NCBI GenBank assembly: GCA_965205905.1
Contig: CBDBHZ010000012.1
Location: forward strand, 79,528-143,527
Reading direction: 5' to 3'
DNA: 64,000 bases
Source of the DNA: Alphaproteobacteria bacterium
Lineage (GTDB): Bacteria; Pseudomonadota; Alphaproteobacteria; JABAAW01; JAHZMA01
Below the pieces are notes generated by a model. It made no database searches. It was not told the origin of the DNA and was given only the letters and a program-made list of their open reading frames with translations. Of the stretch, positions 10,801 through 20,956 are shown one piece after another. A program made the position numbers and the translations under genes. How positions within the stretch are numbered: the first letter of the stretch is position 1; the number at the start of each line of letters is the position of its first letter.

Positions 10801-13800
10801 ACTAAATACTTGCGTCCGAATGCCCAGACAAATAGTAATTGGAATCTTAATGATACAAATAATCTGAATATCAATAGGGTGTTTGCTGTATCACAGACGG
10901 CATCAACTGGAACGATGCCTGCGGTCTCTCTCACATTTACTGCTGGTGCTATCACGGGCTTCACTGCTTATGCTGATGCCGAATATACAGGCACGACTGT
11001 GGATAGAAAAGACATTTTTGGTTTCGCCAATAATTCTTCTTACATGGCGTATGTTACATGGACGCAAAATGAAACCTTTAATGCAAGCGTAACAGGGGTT
11101 GAACAGAATGTTACCAATATTGATGGCATGATGATTGCGGGTATTGAAACTGGCGCCATGCTTAGTGATGGTAAAGTTGACTTTACGGGTAAAGGTAAGG
11201 GTGCATATGGCACAAATGACGGCACTAGCATTACAGATTATGATGTATCATTTAATGTAACCGCCGCCGTTGATTTTAAGCAAGGCAATGTTAATATCAT
11301 CACCGATAGCACAAGCTGCACAGCCAATTGTAACTCTGTTACTCTTGCGCCAGACTATCTTAATTTCACCACTGGCGCATTCAGCTATGGCAGTAATGAC
11401 GGCACAACGGATTTAACACTCAACAATCCTCAGGTTAATACAAATCTAGTAGGTGATATTGATGTCCGTTTCTATGGTAATGATGCTGATGATGAGGGGC
11501 TGATTGGTAGCAATGAATTTGGCGGCACCTTCGCACTCGCAAATGCCACTAACTACTATTATGGTGCATTTGGTGCGAATCGTGGCGATGTTTTCGTGAG
11601 TTCTAGCACCTCTGCAATTAATGCGGTTGGCGTTATCTCAATGGATGCAGATAATCCCGTAACCACCATTCCATCAGCGACGACTCTTACAGGCAATCTT
11701 ACTCTGAAAGGTTTGGCATTATCGCTTGATGATGAGGCAACTTACACACGCTATAAAAAGACAAGCGCATGGATGGATGCGACTGAAACGCAGATTGCGC
11801 GTGCTATCACACTGAATCGGGTTACCAAATCAGGTGCTTTGATTGATTTTGCAACTGGCACGGCAACAACAATCTATGCCGATGCAGATTATACTGTGAG
11901 CGATGCGAATGTAACCGCCACGATTGATAGAGACACAATCTTCGGATTTGCTACTGACTCAAATTATATGGCGTATGTTGAATGGGCGCAAACCGAAACT
12001 GTGGCGAACCTTGATAGTGGCAATACATTATCAGAAGATAGCTTCACTAATATTGATGGCATGATGATAGCGGGTCTTGAAACTGGCAGCATTATCGGCG
12101 ATGGCAAGGTTGACTTTTCGGGTAAAGGCAAGGGTGTCTATGGCACAACAGCCGGTGGTGCGGTTACAGTCTATGATGTGGCATTCGGTGTTGCAGTTGC
12201 GGCTAATTTCACAGCAGGCAATGTTACTGTTGTTACTGATACCACAACTTGCATAGCTAATTGTAACGGTAATACTGCGCCAAACTATCTGAATTTCAAC
12301 ACTGGCGCATTTAGCTATGGCAGTAATAATGGCACAACGAATCTAGCGCTTAACAATCCATTGACTGGTAATAACATAGCAGGCACGCTTGATGTGCGCT
12401 TCTATGGTGGTGGCACAGAAGAATTTGGTGGCGCATTCGCGTTATCAAGTGCGAATAACTACTATTATGGCGCGTTTGGTGCAAGCCGTGCAGGGCATGA
12501 TTTATTTCAGGGTTCAGACATAACCACTCTTAATGCGCTTGGCACAGTAGTGGCAACAAGCACTGTAAATCCTAGCACAGCCACCACGCTTACGGGCAGT
12601 CTTACTTTGCAAGGTTTAGCGGTATCGCTTAACAGTGCTGATGAATATACGCGCTACAAAGATGATGCTTGGAATGTTACTTTGGCTGAATTGCAGATTG
12701 ATAGGCAAGTTACGCCAAATCGCGTTACTGATTCAGGCGTTGCGATTGATTTTACGGGTGATACGGTAACAACAATCCATGCGGATACAAATTATACTGT
12801 GAGTGATGCGAATGTAACCGCTACGGTTGATAGAGACACAATCTTTGGTTTTGCATCTGACTCCAATTATATGGCGTATATCAGCTGGAGCAAAGATGAA
12901 TCCTTTAATTCGAGTGCGTCAGGGGAAATGCAAACCGTTACCGATATTGACGGCATGATGATTGCGGGCATTGAAACCGCTAGCATTATTGGTGCGGGCA
13001 GGGTTGATTTTATAGGCAAGGGCAAGGGTGTTTATGGTACGAAAACCGAAAGCTTTGATACGGTATTTTCTGTAACCGCTAAAGTTGATTTTGATGAGCG
13101 GGATATGTTGCTCAGCACCACAACGGAAGCCTGCACGAATTGCAACAATTTTGATGTATCAAGACTTGATTTTACGAATTTATCGTTAGGTTTTGAAAGT
13201 GCTGGCGCTTCAGTCAATAGCATCAGTCAAGCTGTAACGCTTGATACCACACTAACAGGCACGCTTGATGCGCGTTTTTATGGTGGTGGCACGGAAGAAT
13301 TTGGTGGCACATTTGCATTGGCACAAGCCGACATAGGCACAATTGATGGGCGCTATTATTATGGTGCTTTTGGTGCATCACGCAATGGGGTTACGCCGTT
13401 CGAGCCGAGCGATACAACCACCATTGATGCGCTTAACACAACCTCAAACGCAAATCCGCAAAGCACTGATATTGGCACACATACGAGGCTTTCCGCTGTT
13501 GCAGCTGATACCGTAACTGTGCAAGGTTTAGCGGTTGGGCTGAAAGATGCAACAATACATACGCGCTATAAAGATGATTTATGGACTGTTGATGCCAGCG
13601 AGTTTCAGACTGGAAGAACACTCACCGCATCGCGCATTACAGGTGCGTCTGCCTCTCTCACATTTGGTTCTGCAGGCACGGTTACAAGTGCAATCGCGTA
13701 TGTTGATGCAGATTATGCCACTGCCACTGCCAATAGAAATATCGGTGGCTCTAACTATAACTATCTGACTCTTGTAGAATGGGGACAAGATGAATCTTTT

Positions 13801-16800
13801 GGCACAGCTAATATGGCACTAACCCAAACTGTTACCGATATTGATGGCATGATGATAGTGGGTATTGAAACTGCCGATTTAACAATATTCTCTGGCAGCA
13901 CCACATTTACGGGCAAGGGTAAAGGCGTTTATGGCACGAAAACTGGCAATGTTGCCTCAAGCTATGAAACATCATTTACTGCAAGAGCCATTGTTAATTT
14001 TGATACAGACAGGGTAAATATCACCACCACTAGCACATCCTGCACAGATAATTGTAGCGGTGTTACCGTGCCTAGCTATCTCAATTTCACCATAGATTAC
14101 TTCGATTATGATGGCAACAGCAAGGCGGTAACGCTTGATAACACGCTAACAGGCACGCTTGATACGCGTTTTTATGGTGATGTGGTGCAAGAATTTGGTG
14201 GTGCATTCGCGTTTGCCGAAGCTGATACGCGCTATTATTATGGTGCATTCGGCGCAAAACGTCCGTCTTATGTCTATTCTCTTGATGCCCCACAAACATT
14301 TAATGATAATGATTTAGTAAGCTTTGATGATTTGCGTCGCAAGAGCACAGTTGGCAATGCGTTGAAAATCGCTTCTGCTGTTGAGCTTAAAAGAAGTAGT
14401 GGGTCTAATCAAACTCTTAGTATCGCAGACGCGATCGCTGAATTTAACTATAATGCGGATGATGAGTTTAGTTCATTGATTCTCTATTTAGATGGTCAAA
14501 GATATAGCACAACCAATCTTGATGCTAGTGATATAACTGAAGATGCTGTTTCTGATTTGTCACCCGATTCTTATTCTGGCAGCAATACGCCTAATAGGCT
14601 TCAGTTAAGTAAAAGCACTTACTATTTTGCTGATGTGCCAGAATATATGGCGTTGATTAATTGGACATCGGAATCATCCCAGAATATTAATAATCGGAGT
14701 TATGGCTATGCGATGGTTGGTTATGAAACAGATGGTGATGATATTCCTAGCGCGGGTGATATTACATTTACTGGCGAAGGACATGGGATTTATTATACTG
14801 GCAGTGACTTTGAAGATATACGTTTTACGGCGACTGCCATTGTTAATTTTGCGACCCCAAGCATCGCTTTCAGCACCACAGATACATGCCTTGCCTTTAC
14901 TTCTTGTAGCGACACACGGAGTTTCCTCAATATTGACACTACTTTAAGCTACACAGCTGGCACAAAAGATATCAGTGGCGCGGTTACAGCCGTGGGCGAT
15001 GGCGGTCAATTAACAGGCACGGTAAGTGCCAGATTTTACGGTGATTCAGCGCAGGAATTTGGTGGCACATTTAGCCTATTAAATAGTGGTGCAGACACAG
15101 ATTATGTGGGTTTTTTCGGGGCTAATCGTGTCTTTGTTCCAGAATTTGATAAGCCAACAGATTTTAATCATAATGGTTTAACCAGCTTTACGGATGATGC
15201 CCGCAATGGCACAAGCAATAATGCTTTCAAAATTGCAGGGCTTGTGGCGATGAAAGATACTGCTTCTGAGGCAAGAAGTATTAGCACCAGCACTGATGCT
15301 GTGCTTGAGCTTAGCTATGAGCTTGATGGTGATTTTGCCGCTACGAATGGCATGGCATTATATTGGGGTGATGACCGTTATCGCGCACTTAGGGCTAATA
15401 CTAGTAATTCCACTGCGGATGTACTTCGACCTTACTCTACAGATAAAACAGCGGGTGGCAATATTGGGGTGATGAAAATCGATAAAAGTAGCATTCTTTT
15501 TGACTTTGATTCAGAAAATATGGCAGTGTTTGGATTATCTTTGACAGATAGTGGTGATAGCTATAATATTTATGGTATGACTGGTTTTGAAACAGCTGAT
15601 GATAATATCCCGACATTGGATAATGGCTTCTTCTTTACGGGCAACGGAGAAGGGAAATATGGCAGATATGTAAGTGGTTTGGGATATTCAGACTCAATAC
15701 CTACATATTTTGAAGTTACTGCCCATGTTGATTTTATCAGCCGTAACATCACCGTAACAGGCGAAAATACCTGCGCCTCTGGCAATTATTACAGCAGTTA
15801 CGATGATTGTGTGGCTAGCGCTAATTTGTTTAGTCAGCTTGATTTTACGGCTACCTTAAGCTATAACGCAGGCGATAATGATATTACTGGCGCGATTCAA
15901 ACGTCAGGTAGCAATAGCACATTCGACCGCGTAAGTGGCACGGCAACGGCACGTTTTTATGGCATAGGCACTGATGCAGCAACAGAATTAGGTGGCACAT
16001 TTAGCATGGTTAGCACAACTGGTAGTGTTGCTGAGCAGGATACCTATATTGGTTGGTTCGGTGTAGATGCAGGCACGTTCCCTCTGCTTGTTGATATTGA
16101 TGCGAATACTATCGGCACCAGCGCTGGTGGCACACATGCGATTAGCACGAATTATGGCTCGGTTGCAACGGCATCAGCAGGTGCAAATACAATGAATGTA
16201 CCAGCCTATAAGCTAAAAGCCCTTACGGTGCAAACAGTCAAGAGCAACACATATACCCGCCCTGATACTGCTACAGCATGGGATGTAACAAGCCATAAAA
16301 CCGGTGAACATGTTCAGCTTTCAAAAGTGAGTGGCTCAGTTCTTGAAATAAAATATGGACAACATCAGTGGGACGCTGACAAGGTTGCTATTAGTCAAAT
16401 AAAAACTTATGTAGGCACGACAACCAATGTAAGTTTTTTTGCTTCTACCAGTAATACTCCCTATGACCTTACAGGTCAAATTCAGTCTGCACAAAGTGAT
16501 GGCAGAAGCAGTCGCTTAACCCTGATACATGATGTTGACCCTGACTATTCTGACACTCTCCAAACCGAATATGTGGCATTGGTGGCATGGAATGAAGATT
16601 TAGCACTGCCTGCTTTATCAACAACCGCGCTTACTGATAGCCGTGCCTATGAAGATAGAGGCTATATGGTTGCAGGTGTTGAAACTGCTGGCACAGCCAT
16701 CCCCGGTAGTGGCACAGCAGTTGGTTTTACAGGTGGCGGTGTTGGCACTTATGAAGCATCAGATAGCCCGCTACTGAAAAGCACCCACGTATTTAAAACG

Positions 16801-17109
16801 CGGGTTGTGTTTGACCTTGATGTGGAAGTTAATTTTGTAGGTAAAAAAGTGGATATAACATTCGAAAATACAAGGCAAGACCTTGGTAGCCCAGCGATTG
16901 GCGCGATACCCCATCTTGATTTCACCAGTGAATTAAGCTACACGGCAAACATGAATAACGCCAGTAGCACTGTTACAGTTGATGGTATGGTTGGCGAAGT
17001 GAATGCAAGATTTTACGGTCCTACGGCGCAAGAATTGGGCGGAACATTCCATATGTCAAAAAGCAAATATGATTATTATATGGGTCATTTCGGCGCGAAG
17101 AAAGATTAA
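7807..17109 (+). CDS. Giant surface lipoprotein 1 (3100 aa): signal peptide + lipobox, Gly/Asp tether, ~7 type-1 then ~3 type-2 tandem ~300 aa TbpB-like lobe modules
   Basis: Start MIRLFTLLLLALFLTAC|SSD (lipobox LTAC) with an upstream AAGAG RBS. One uninterrupted 9.3 kb ORF. The 'tattattatggtgc' (YYYGAFGA) end-of-module marker recurs at 8776, 9685, 10606, 11553, 12460, 13354 and 14232, a ~900 bp period. Module signature: LQGL.VGL.D.T.YTR ... FGF.S.YMAYISW ... IDGMMIAGIET ... G.V.F.GKG.GVYG ... VTA.VDF ... LDARFYG...EFGGTFAL...YYYGAFGA.R. The C-terminal third uses the second module type (…ARFYG...ELGGTFS...Y(V/I)G.FG…). Confidence 0.85.
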   Translation: MIRLFTLLLLALFLTACSSDTVGTNSDGDVNNSGDGNNGGGGDVFTPSNTALLNLFETKVAANPKDTKIGEHTSLAAIADEIIILQGLTVGLYDSTDYTRGATSTAWTDTANLQIAREITPLRITESAVSLAFGGAGVMTSATAYADSDIANVAADRNSVFGFNSDNMVYISWGVNQTTENLASGETTGTLTNIDGMMIAGIETASIIGAGRVDFTGKGAGVYGTKTGNIASSQNVTFGVTAAVDFTDRDVIISTDNDDDSLDSTLNFTTAAINYGGSNLINYSFDGSTEQPAVNGMLGQLDARFYGGGTEEFGGTFILTQADTGYYYGAFGASRKGVTPFVAGTVPLALNRLGMVASKNPQTTDVKGNDSLGTVAGEAVILQGLTVGLNDSTEYRREKTNALWTTEANLQITQGLTATHITSSAASLTFGAAGTITSAIAYADEDYANLTADRSAVFGFTSEYMAYITWDTDESLNIDDNTALTQTVTDSNGMMIAGIENNVINIFTAGRVDFKGKGAGVYGTKTDKHKTEFNVTIAADFDESMLNITTSETACTDNCTQFNAPPYLNFSTGLFSYTDNNISTNLTLDGTLTGTLDAKFYGSNAQATGGGAQEFGGAFALAQEDTRYYYGVFGASRNGVVPFVPSDTTTFNALGTVTNANTQNTNIGTHTSLATVATDTVILQGLAVGLQDATIHTRYKDDAWTDSASEFQSVRTINASRITSSAASLTFGATAGTITSATAYADADYATATANRSIGNFTANHLVLVEWGQDESFSSNASGETQTITDIDGMMIAGIETTSVPTGAGNGKATFMGRGKGVYGNITLSDAVTFDVEAEVVFTNNTISFKAENTACDVGTTCATGVTASDLNFAISSLIYTGNNITTSLTNIDGMNGQLDARFYGNSQAFESDGSVTGANELGGTFLVGNADNYYYGAFASARGAIDFTFNSGDTKAINTNVGDITVASTPPNSVATTGIIDSTNSTLQGLAVSLDDSTKYLRPNAQTNSNWNLNDTNNLNINRVFAVSQTASTGTMPAVSLTFTAGAITGFTAYADAEYTGTTVDRKDIFGFANNSSYMAYVTWTQNETFNASVTGVEQNVTNIDGMMIAGIETGAMLSDGKVDFTGKGKGAYGTNDGTSITDYDVSFNVTAAVDFKQGNVNIITDSTSCTANCNSVTLAPDYLNFTTGAFSYGSNDGTTDLTLNNPQVNTNLVGDIDVRFYGNDADDEGLIGSNEFGGTFALANATNYYYGAFGANRGDVFVSSSTSAINAVGVISMDADNPVTTIPSATTLTGNLTLKGLALSLDDEATYTRYKKTSAWMDATETQIARAITLNRVTKSGALIDFATGTATTIYADADYTVSDANVTATIDRDTIFGFATDSNYMAYVEWAQTETVANLDSGNTLSEDSFTNIDGMMIAGLETGSIIGDGKVDFSGKGKGVYGTTAGGAVTVYDVAFGVAVAANFTAGNVTVVTDTTTCIANCNGNTAPNYLNFNTGAFSYGSNNGTTNLALNNPLTGNNIAGTLDVRFYGGGTEEFGGAFALSSANNYYYGAFGASRAGHDLFQGSDITTLNALGTVVATSTVNPSTATTLTGSLTLQGLAVSLNSADEYTRYKDDAWNVTLAELQIDRQVTPNRVTDSGVAIDFTGDTVTTIHADTNYTVSDANVTATVDRDTIFGFASDSNYMAYISWSKDESFNSSASGEMQTVTDIDGMMIAGIETASIIGAGRVDFIGKGKGVYGTKTESFDTVFSVTAKVDFDERDMLLSTTTEACTNCNNFDVSRLDFTNLSLGFESAGASVNSISQAVTLDTTLTGTLDARFYGGGTEEFGGTFALAQADIGTIDGRYYYGAFGASRNGVTPFEPSDTTTIDALNTTSNANPQSTDIGTHTRLSAVAADTVTVQGLAVGLKDATIHTRYKDDLWTVDASEFQTGRTLTASRITGASASLTFGSAGTVTSAIAYVDADYATATANRNIGGSNYNYLTLVEWGQDESFGTANMALTQTVTDIDGMMIVGIETADLTIFSGSTTFTGKGKGVYGTKTGNVASSYETSFTARAIVNFDTDRVNITTTSTSCTDNCSGVTVPSYLNFTIDYFDYDGNSKAVTLDNTLTGTLDTRFYGDVVQEFGGAFAFAEADTRYYYGAFGAKRPSYVYSLDAPQTFNDNDLVSFDDLRRKSTVGNALKIASAVELKRSSGSNQTLSIADAIAEFNYNADDEFSSLILYLDGQRYSTTNLDASDITEDAVSDLSPDSYSGSNTPNRLQLSKSTYYFADVPEYMALINWTSESSQNINNRSYGYAMVGYETDGDDIPSAGDITFTGEGHGIYYTGSDFEDIRFTATAIVNFATPSIAFSTTDTCLAFTSCSDTRSFLNIDTTLSYTAGTKDISGAVTAVGDGGQLTGTVSARFYGDSAQEFGGTFSLLNSGADTDYVGFFGANRVFVPEFDKPTDFNHNGLTSFTDDARNGTSNNAFKIAGLVAMKDTASEARSISTSTDAVLELSYELDGDFAATNGMALYWGDDRYRALRANTSNSTADVLRPYSTDKTAGGNIGVMKIDKSSILFDFDSENMAVFGLSLTDSGDSYNIYGMTGFETADDNIPTLDNGFFFTGNGEGKYGRYVSGLGYSDSIPTYFEVTAHVDFISRNITVTGENTCASGNYYSSYDDCVASANLFSQLDFTATLSYNAGDNDITGAIQTSGSNSTFDRVSGTATARFYGIGTDAATELGGTFSMVSTTGSVAEQDTYIGWFGVDAGTFPLLVDIDANTIGTSAGGTHAISTNYGSVATASAGANTMNVPAYKLKALTVQTVKSNTYTRPDTATAWDVTSHKTGEHVQLSKVSGSVLEIKYGQHQWDADKVAISQIKTYVGTTTNVSFFASTSNTPYDLTGQIQSAQSDGRSSRLTLIHDVDPDYSDTLQTEYVALVAWNEDLALPALSTTALTDSRAYEDRGYMVAGVETAGTAIPGSGTAVGFTGGGVGTYEASDSPLLKSTHVFKTRVVFDLDVEVNFVGKKVDITFENTRQDLGSPAIGAIPHLDFTSELSYTANMNNASSTVTVDGMVGEVNARFYGPTAQELGGTFHMSKSKYDYYMGHFGAKKD
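7975..14270 (+). repeat. Intragenic tandem array of ~7 type-1 lobe modules (period ~880-950 bp) in giant gene 1; type-2 modules follow to 17109
   Basis: Periodic protein motif recurrence read from the translation and the DNA marker 'tattattatgg'. Boundaries are approximate. Confidence 0.7.
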
Positions 17110-17155
17110 TATATGCGGCTTGCCCCTACTTTCGTGGGGTCGGTTTATGTATCAA

Positions 17156-17175
17156 GGGGTAAGAAACCTTACCCC
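17156..17175. terminator. Intergenic 8-bp GC-rich hairpin (GGGGTAAG-aaac-CTTACCCC) between the convergent giant gene 1 and glcF
   Basis: Read directly. It has no flanking U-tract, so an intrinsic-terminator role is uncertain. It shares the motif 'tatcaagggg' with the intergenic repeat elements at 25.0 and 25.8 kb. Confidence 0.3.
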
Positions 17176-17190
17176 GTCTTCACCACAATT

Positions 17191-18411
17191 CTAGCGACTA
17201 ATACTAATGTCTAACAATTCCACCCAATGGCTGATAGGGGTGCTGGTGTTGCTTTGCAGATGCATTTGGCAACCAATATTAGCGGTAACAATCTGTGCAG
17301 GATTGGCGATAGTCAGCGCTTTTAATTTATTATCACGCAAGGCTTTGGCAGTCTTGGGTTGCAAAATAGAATATGTGCCAGCCGAACCACAGCATAAATG
17401 CCCATCTTTGGTGGGGGCGAGTGCAATGCCCGCTTTGGCAAATATCTGTTCAATCACGCCATCTAATTTCTGCCCATGTTGCAATGTGCAAGGGCAATGC
17501 AATACAATAGACTGCTGATGAGCATTCACCTTAATCGCCTGCCAATCTTCGGCAATAATCACTTCGCTAATATCCTTACTGAGTGCGCTGATTTTTTGTG
17601 CCTTATCACGATAGGCAGGGTCATCTTTCAGCAATTTATCATAATCTTTCAGCATCACCCCGCAACCTGATGCGGTGCTGATAATCGCCTCTGCGCCTTG
17701 CTCCACATCGTGCCACCATATATCAATATTGCGCCTGATGGTCGCCAAAGTGCGTTCGTGAAAATCCAGATGATGGGTCACCGCCCCGCAACATTGCACT
17801 TGCTGATGTTCACGCACCGCAATATTGAAGCGGTTTAACAAACGGGTTGCGGCTTGATTGGTTTCAGGTTTTGCCACCGATTGCACACAGCCTGATAATA
17901 ATATCATTTTGCGCTTACAATCGGGCTGATTGATGATGGTGCGTGTTTGTTTTTCAGGGATTTTGCGCTTCAATTCACCCCATAATAACGGCTTGCATAA
18001 CTGCCCTAATCGCAATAATAACCCAAATCTTTTTGGAAACGGCACAATCAATATCAGCAATTTTCTGCTGAATCGTGCCCCTAATGGGCGCGTAGTTTTC
18101 TCATCAATTAACTGCCGTCCAATATCAATCAACTGCCCATATTGCACATTAGAAGGGCAGGTCGTTTCGCAATTACGGCATGTCAAACATTGGTCAAAAT
18201 GGATTTGCGTTTTATCGGTGGCATTGCCTGTTTCCAGCATTTGCTTTATCAGCGAAATCCTGCCACGTGGTCCATCGCGCTCATCACTAAAATGCTGATA
18301 GGTAGGGCAGGTGGCGTTACAAAAACCGCAATGCACACATGCGCTAATAATCTGTTTTGCCTGCTTCGCTTGCGGCGTATCACGATAAGATTCATGCAAT
18401 TTTACATCCAT
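17191..18411 (-). CDS. glcF: Glycolate oxidase iron-sulfur subunit
   Basis: 406 aa with two 4Fe-4S ferredoxin motifs (CVHCGFCNATCPTYQ; CLTCRNCETTCPS) and a C-terminal CCG-type Cys-rich domain. It lies downstream of glcD and glcE. Confidence 0.85.
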   Translation of the reverse strand: MDVKLHESYRDTPQAKQAKQIISACVHCGFCNATCPTYQHFSDERDGPRGRISLIKQMLETGNATDKTQIHFDQCLTCRNCETTCPSNVQYGQLIDIGRQLIDEKTTRPLGARFSRKLLILIVPFPKRFGLLLRLGQLCKPLLWGELKRKIPEKQTRTIINQPDCKRKMILLSGCVQSVAKPETNQAATRLLNRFNIAVREHQQVQCCGAVTHHLDFHERTLATIRRNIDIWWHDVEQGAEAIISTASGCGVMLKDYDKLLKDDPAYRDKAQKISALSKDISEVIIAEDWQAIKVNAHQQSIVLHCPCTLQHGQKLDGVIEQIFAKAGIALAPTKDGHLCCGSAGTYSILQPKTAKALRDNKLKALTIANPAQIVTANIGCQMHLQSNTSTPISHWVELLDISISR

Positions 18412-18413
18412 AA

Positions 18414-19514
18414 TCAGCCTATCCTATGATGCGGGTTAAAAATATGCGAAGGGTCAAACGCAGTTTTCAGATTGTTGTATATTCGTTGCAAAGGCGGTGA
18501 GAATAGCGGAGGCGTCACATTTTCGCCTGTGGCAGATATTGCGCCAGATATTAGGATTGCCTCGCCATGATATTTTTGCGCCCATTCTTGCACCGATTGC
18601 GCGGAAACCGCATCAGCCTTTAGCCATCTTCTGGCGCCACCCCAATCAATCAGCCAATCACTTTCGGCTTTGGTGTTGATATTGCTGATATGACACGGCG
18701 CAGTGGCTGGCACTGAAAACCGCCACAAACTCTGCCGATTATCAGCAAAATAAGGCAGTTGCAACTCACGCAAATTTTGCCAAAAATCGCCATCATTATC
18801 AGGGGCATCATCATCGCAAATCTCGCCTTGCCATTGGTCGCAAGCCGCATTCACCGATTGCGTTTCGCCAGAAAACCGCAGATAGACTTGCCCATCTGCC
18901 CATGCAGCACCATCAAGCGGATATTTATCACAGCCATATTGTTGCAGTAATACCAGCCCTTCTGGTAAATCGGTGGCTTTGGTAACAGTTTTGCTTAAAC
19001 GCGGTAGGGGAGATATTTTGAGACTGATTTCGGTGATAATGCCAAACGCCCCCATCGCGCCTGTTTGCAACCGTGCAACATCGTAGCCCGCAACATTTTT
19101 CATTACCTTGCCACCAAATTTGAGATGCTCACCTTTGCCATTGATGAGCCTGATGCCTAGCAGATGGTCGCTGATAGAGCCACGCCATGGGCGCGCAGGC
19201 CCTGATTGATTGCTGGCAAGCGTGCCGCCTATCGTGGCTTTGCCATCAAACCAACGTGGGTCAGATGCTAAATATTGCTGGTTTTTACCTAAAATATCGG
19301 CAATCTCTGCCAATGATGTGCCTGCTTTAACGGTGATGGATAATTCATCAGGTTGATATTCCACTAGCCCCGAATAATCTTTCATCGCCACAATATTATC
19401 GGCTGAGTGCTGATTAGGGTTAAGAAAATTTTTGCTATTTGCCCCTTGAATCGCAAGCGTTGTTTTATCATTAGCGGCTTTTTTCACCTGCTCAATAATA
19501 TCGGTTGCAATCAT
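18414..19514 (-). CDS. glcE: Glycolate oxidase FAD-binding subunit
   Basis: FAD-binding PCMH-type domain. The start at 19514 (MIATDI..) gives an ATGA overlap with the glcD stop. An alternative upstream ATG at 19541 is the track start. Confidence 0.75.
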   Translation of the reverse strand: MIATDIIEQVKKAANDKTTLAIQGANSKNFLNPNQHSADNIVAMKDYSGLVEYQPDELSITVKAGTSLAEIADILGKNQQYLASDPRWFDGKATIGGTLASNQSGPARPWRGSISDHLLGIRLINGKGEHLKFGGKVMKNVAGYDVARLQTGAMGAFGIITEISLKISPLPRLSKTVTKATDLPEGLVLLQQYGCDKYPLDGAAWADGQVYLRFSGETQSVNAACDQWQGEICDDDAPDNDGDFWQNLRELQLPYFADNRQSLWRFSVPATAPCHISNINTKAESDWLIDWGGARRWLKADAVSAQSVQEWAQKYHGEAILISGAISATGENVTPPLFSPPLQRIYNNLKTAFDPSHIFNPHHRIG

Positions 19515-20956
19515 CGCGGTAATGCCCGATATTCTTGGCATCTTTTTAAGGTGGGGATGGCTTTGTTGGGATTCAGCAAATTCTTATCATCAAACGCATA
19601 TTTCACCGCATGGAATTGCTTGATTTCTTCATCGTTAAATTGATACGCCATTTGATTGATTTTTTCCAAACCAACACCATGCTCACCCGTGATTGTGCCG
19701 CCCACCTCAACACATAATTCTAATATTTTAGCACCAAACATTTCCGCGCGCTCAAATTCGCCATCATTGGCACTATCATATAAAATCAGCGGGTGCAAAT
19801 TGCCATCGCCCGCATGAAAAACATTTGCCACTTGCAGCTGATAATGTTGCGAAAAGGCCTGAATTTGCTGTAAAACATAAGCCAATTCTCCGCGCGGAAT
19901 TGTGCCATCCATGCAATAATAATCGGGCGATATTCTGCCGACTGCTGGGAATGCCGCTTTGCGCCCCTTCCAAAATAGCAACCGTTCTGCTTCATTTTGC
20001 GATATTTTGATGGAGGTTGCGCCAATTTTTTCTAATATTGCCGAGATAATATCAATATGCTGACTGACTTCTTCTTTCATGCCATCTAATTCGCATAATA
20101 ATAATGCTTCCACCTCACGCGGATAGCCTGCATTGGCATAATCATCTGCCGCTTGAATCGCAAGCCTATCCATCATCTCCAATCCCGCAGGAATAATGCC
20201 ATTGGCGATGATTTTTGCCACCGCATCGGCTGCTTTGCCAACATCATCGAAACCTGCCAAAATCATTTTGCGATAGTCGGGCGAGGGCAATAATTTCACC
20301 GTTATTTCAGTGATAATGCCAAGCAACCCTTCCGAGCCATGTATCAATGCCAAAAAATTAGCACCATTGCTCTCAAAGCCATGATTGCCAATGCTGATGC
20401 ACTCACCTTGCACGGTTACCATTTTGAGGGCAAGCACATTATGCACCGTTAGACCATATTTGAGACAATGCACCCCGCCAGCATTTTCAGCCACATTGCC
20501 ACCAATAGAACAAGCGATTTGCGACGATGGGTCGGGCGCGTAATACAGACCATGCGCGTGGGCAGCCTCGCTAATGCTGAGATTTCTGACGCCCGGCTGC
20601 ACAATGGCAAGCCTTGCCAGCCTATCAATTGACGTGATTTTATTGAAACGCGCTAACGATAGCAACACGCCATTCGGGTGCGGGGTTGCGCCTGCCGAAA
20701 GCCCTGTGCCTGCGCCCCTGCCAACAATCGGCACATTATATTCATAGCAAATTTCCATGATTTTTTGAACTTGACTGGTGGTTTCAGGCAAAACGGTCAG
20801 CATCGGTTGCTGGCGAAATGCGGTGAGCCCATCACAATCATAGACATGTTGCGTTTCAGCATCTTGTATCACATAATCAGCATCAACAAATTTGCTGAAT
20901 TTTTGTGCAAGCTGGGTGGCAGAAATCATCGGCTCTGTGTGCGTTGTCTCACCCAT
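19511..20956 (-). CDS. glcD: Glycolate oxidase subunit GlcD (FAD-linked oxidase)
   Basis: 481 aa FAD-linked oxidase (…GRGAGTGLSAGA…, C-terminal ..GEHGVGLEK.. region) in glcDEF order. An alternative start at 20929 would remove the 8-nt overlap with dctM. Confidence 0.8.
   Translation of the reverse strand: MGETTHTEPMISATQLAQKFSKFVDADYVIQDAETQHVYDCDGLTAFRQQPMLTVLPETTSQVQKIMEICYEYNVPIVGRGAGTGLSAGATPHPNGVLLSLARFNKITSIDRLARLAIVQPGVRNLSISEAAHAHGLYYAPDPSSQIACSIGGNVAENAGGVHCLKYGLTVHNVLALKMVTVQGECISIGNHGFESNGANFLALIHGSEGLLGIITEITVKLLPSPDYRKMILAGFDDVGKAADAVAKIIANGIIPAGLEMMDRLAIQAADDYANAGYPREVEALLLCELDGMKEEVSQHIDIISAILEKIGATSIKISQNEAERLLFWKGRKAAFPAVGRISPDYYCMDGTIPRGELAYVLQQIQAFSQHYQLQVANVFHAGDGNLHPLILYDSANDGEFERAEMFGAKILELCVEVGGTITGEHGVGLEKINQMAYQFNDEEIKQFHAVKYAFDDKNLLNPNKAIPTLKRCQEYRALPR

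Noticed and set aside
7807-17109. Classifying the giant proteins as RTX adhesins, Bap/Big-repeat adhesins or autotransporters
   Set aside because: There are no GGXGXD nonapeptide repeats, no C-terminal 12-strand translocator or T1SS secretion signal, and no Ig-like ~100 aa repeat period. Instead there is an N-terminal lipobox and a ~300 aa period with TbpB-like barrel signatures.
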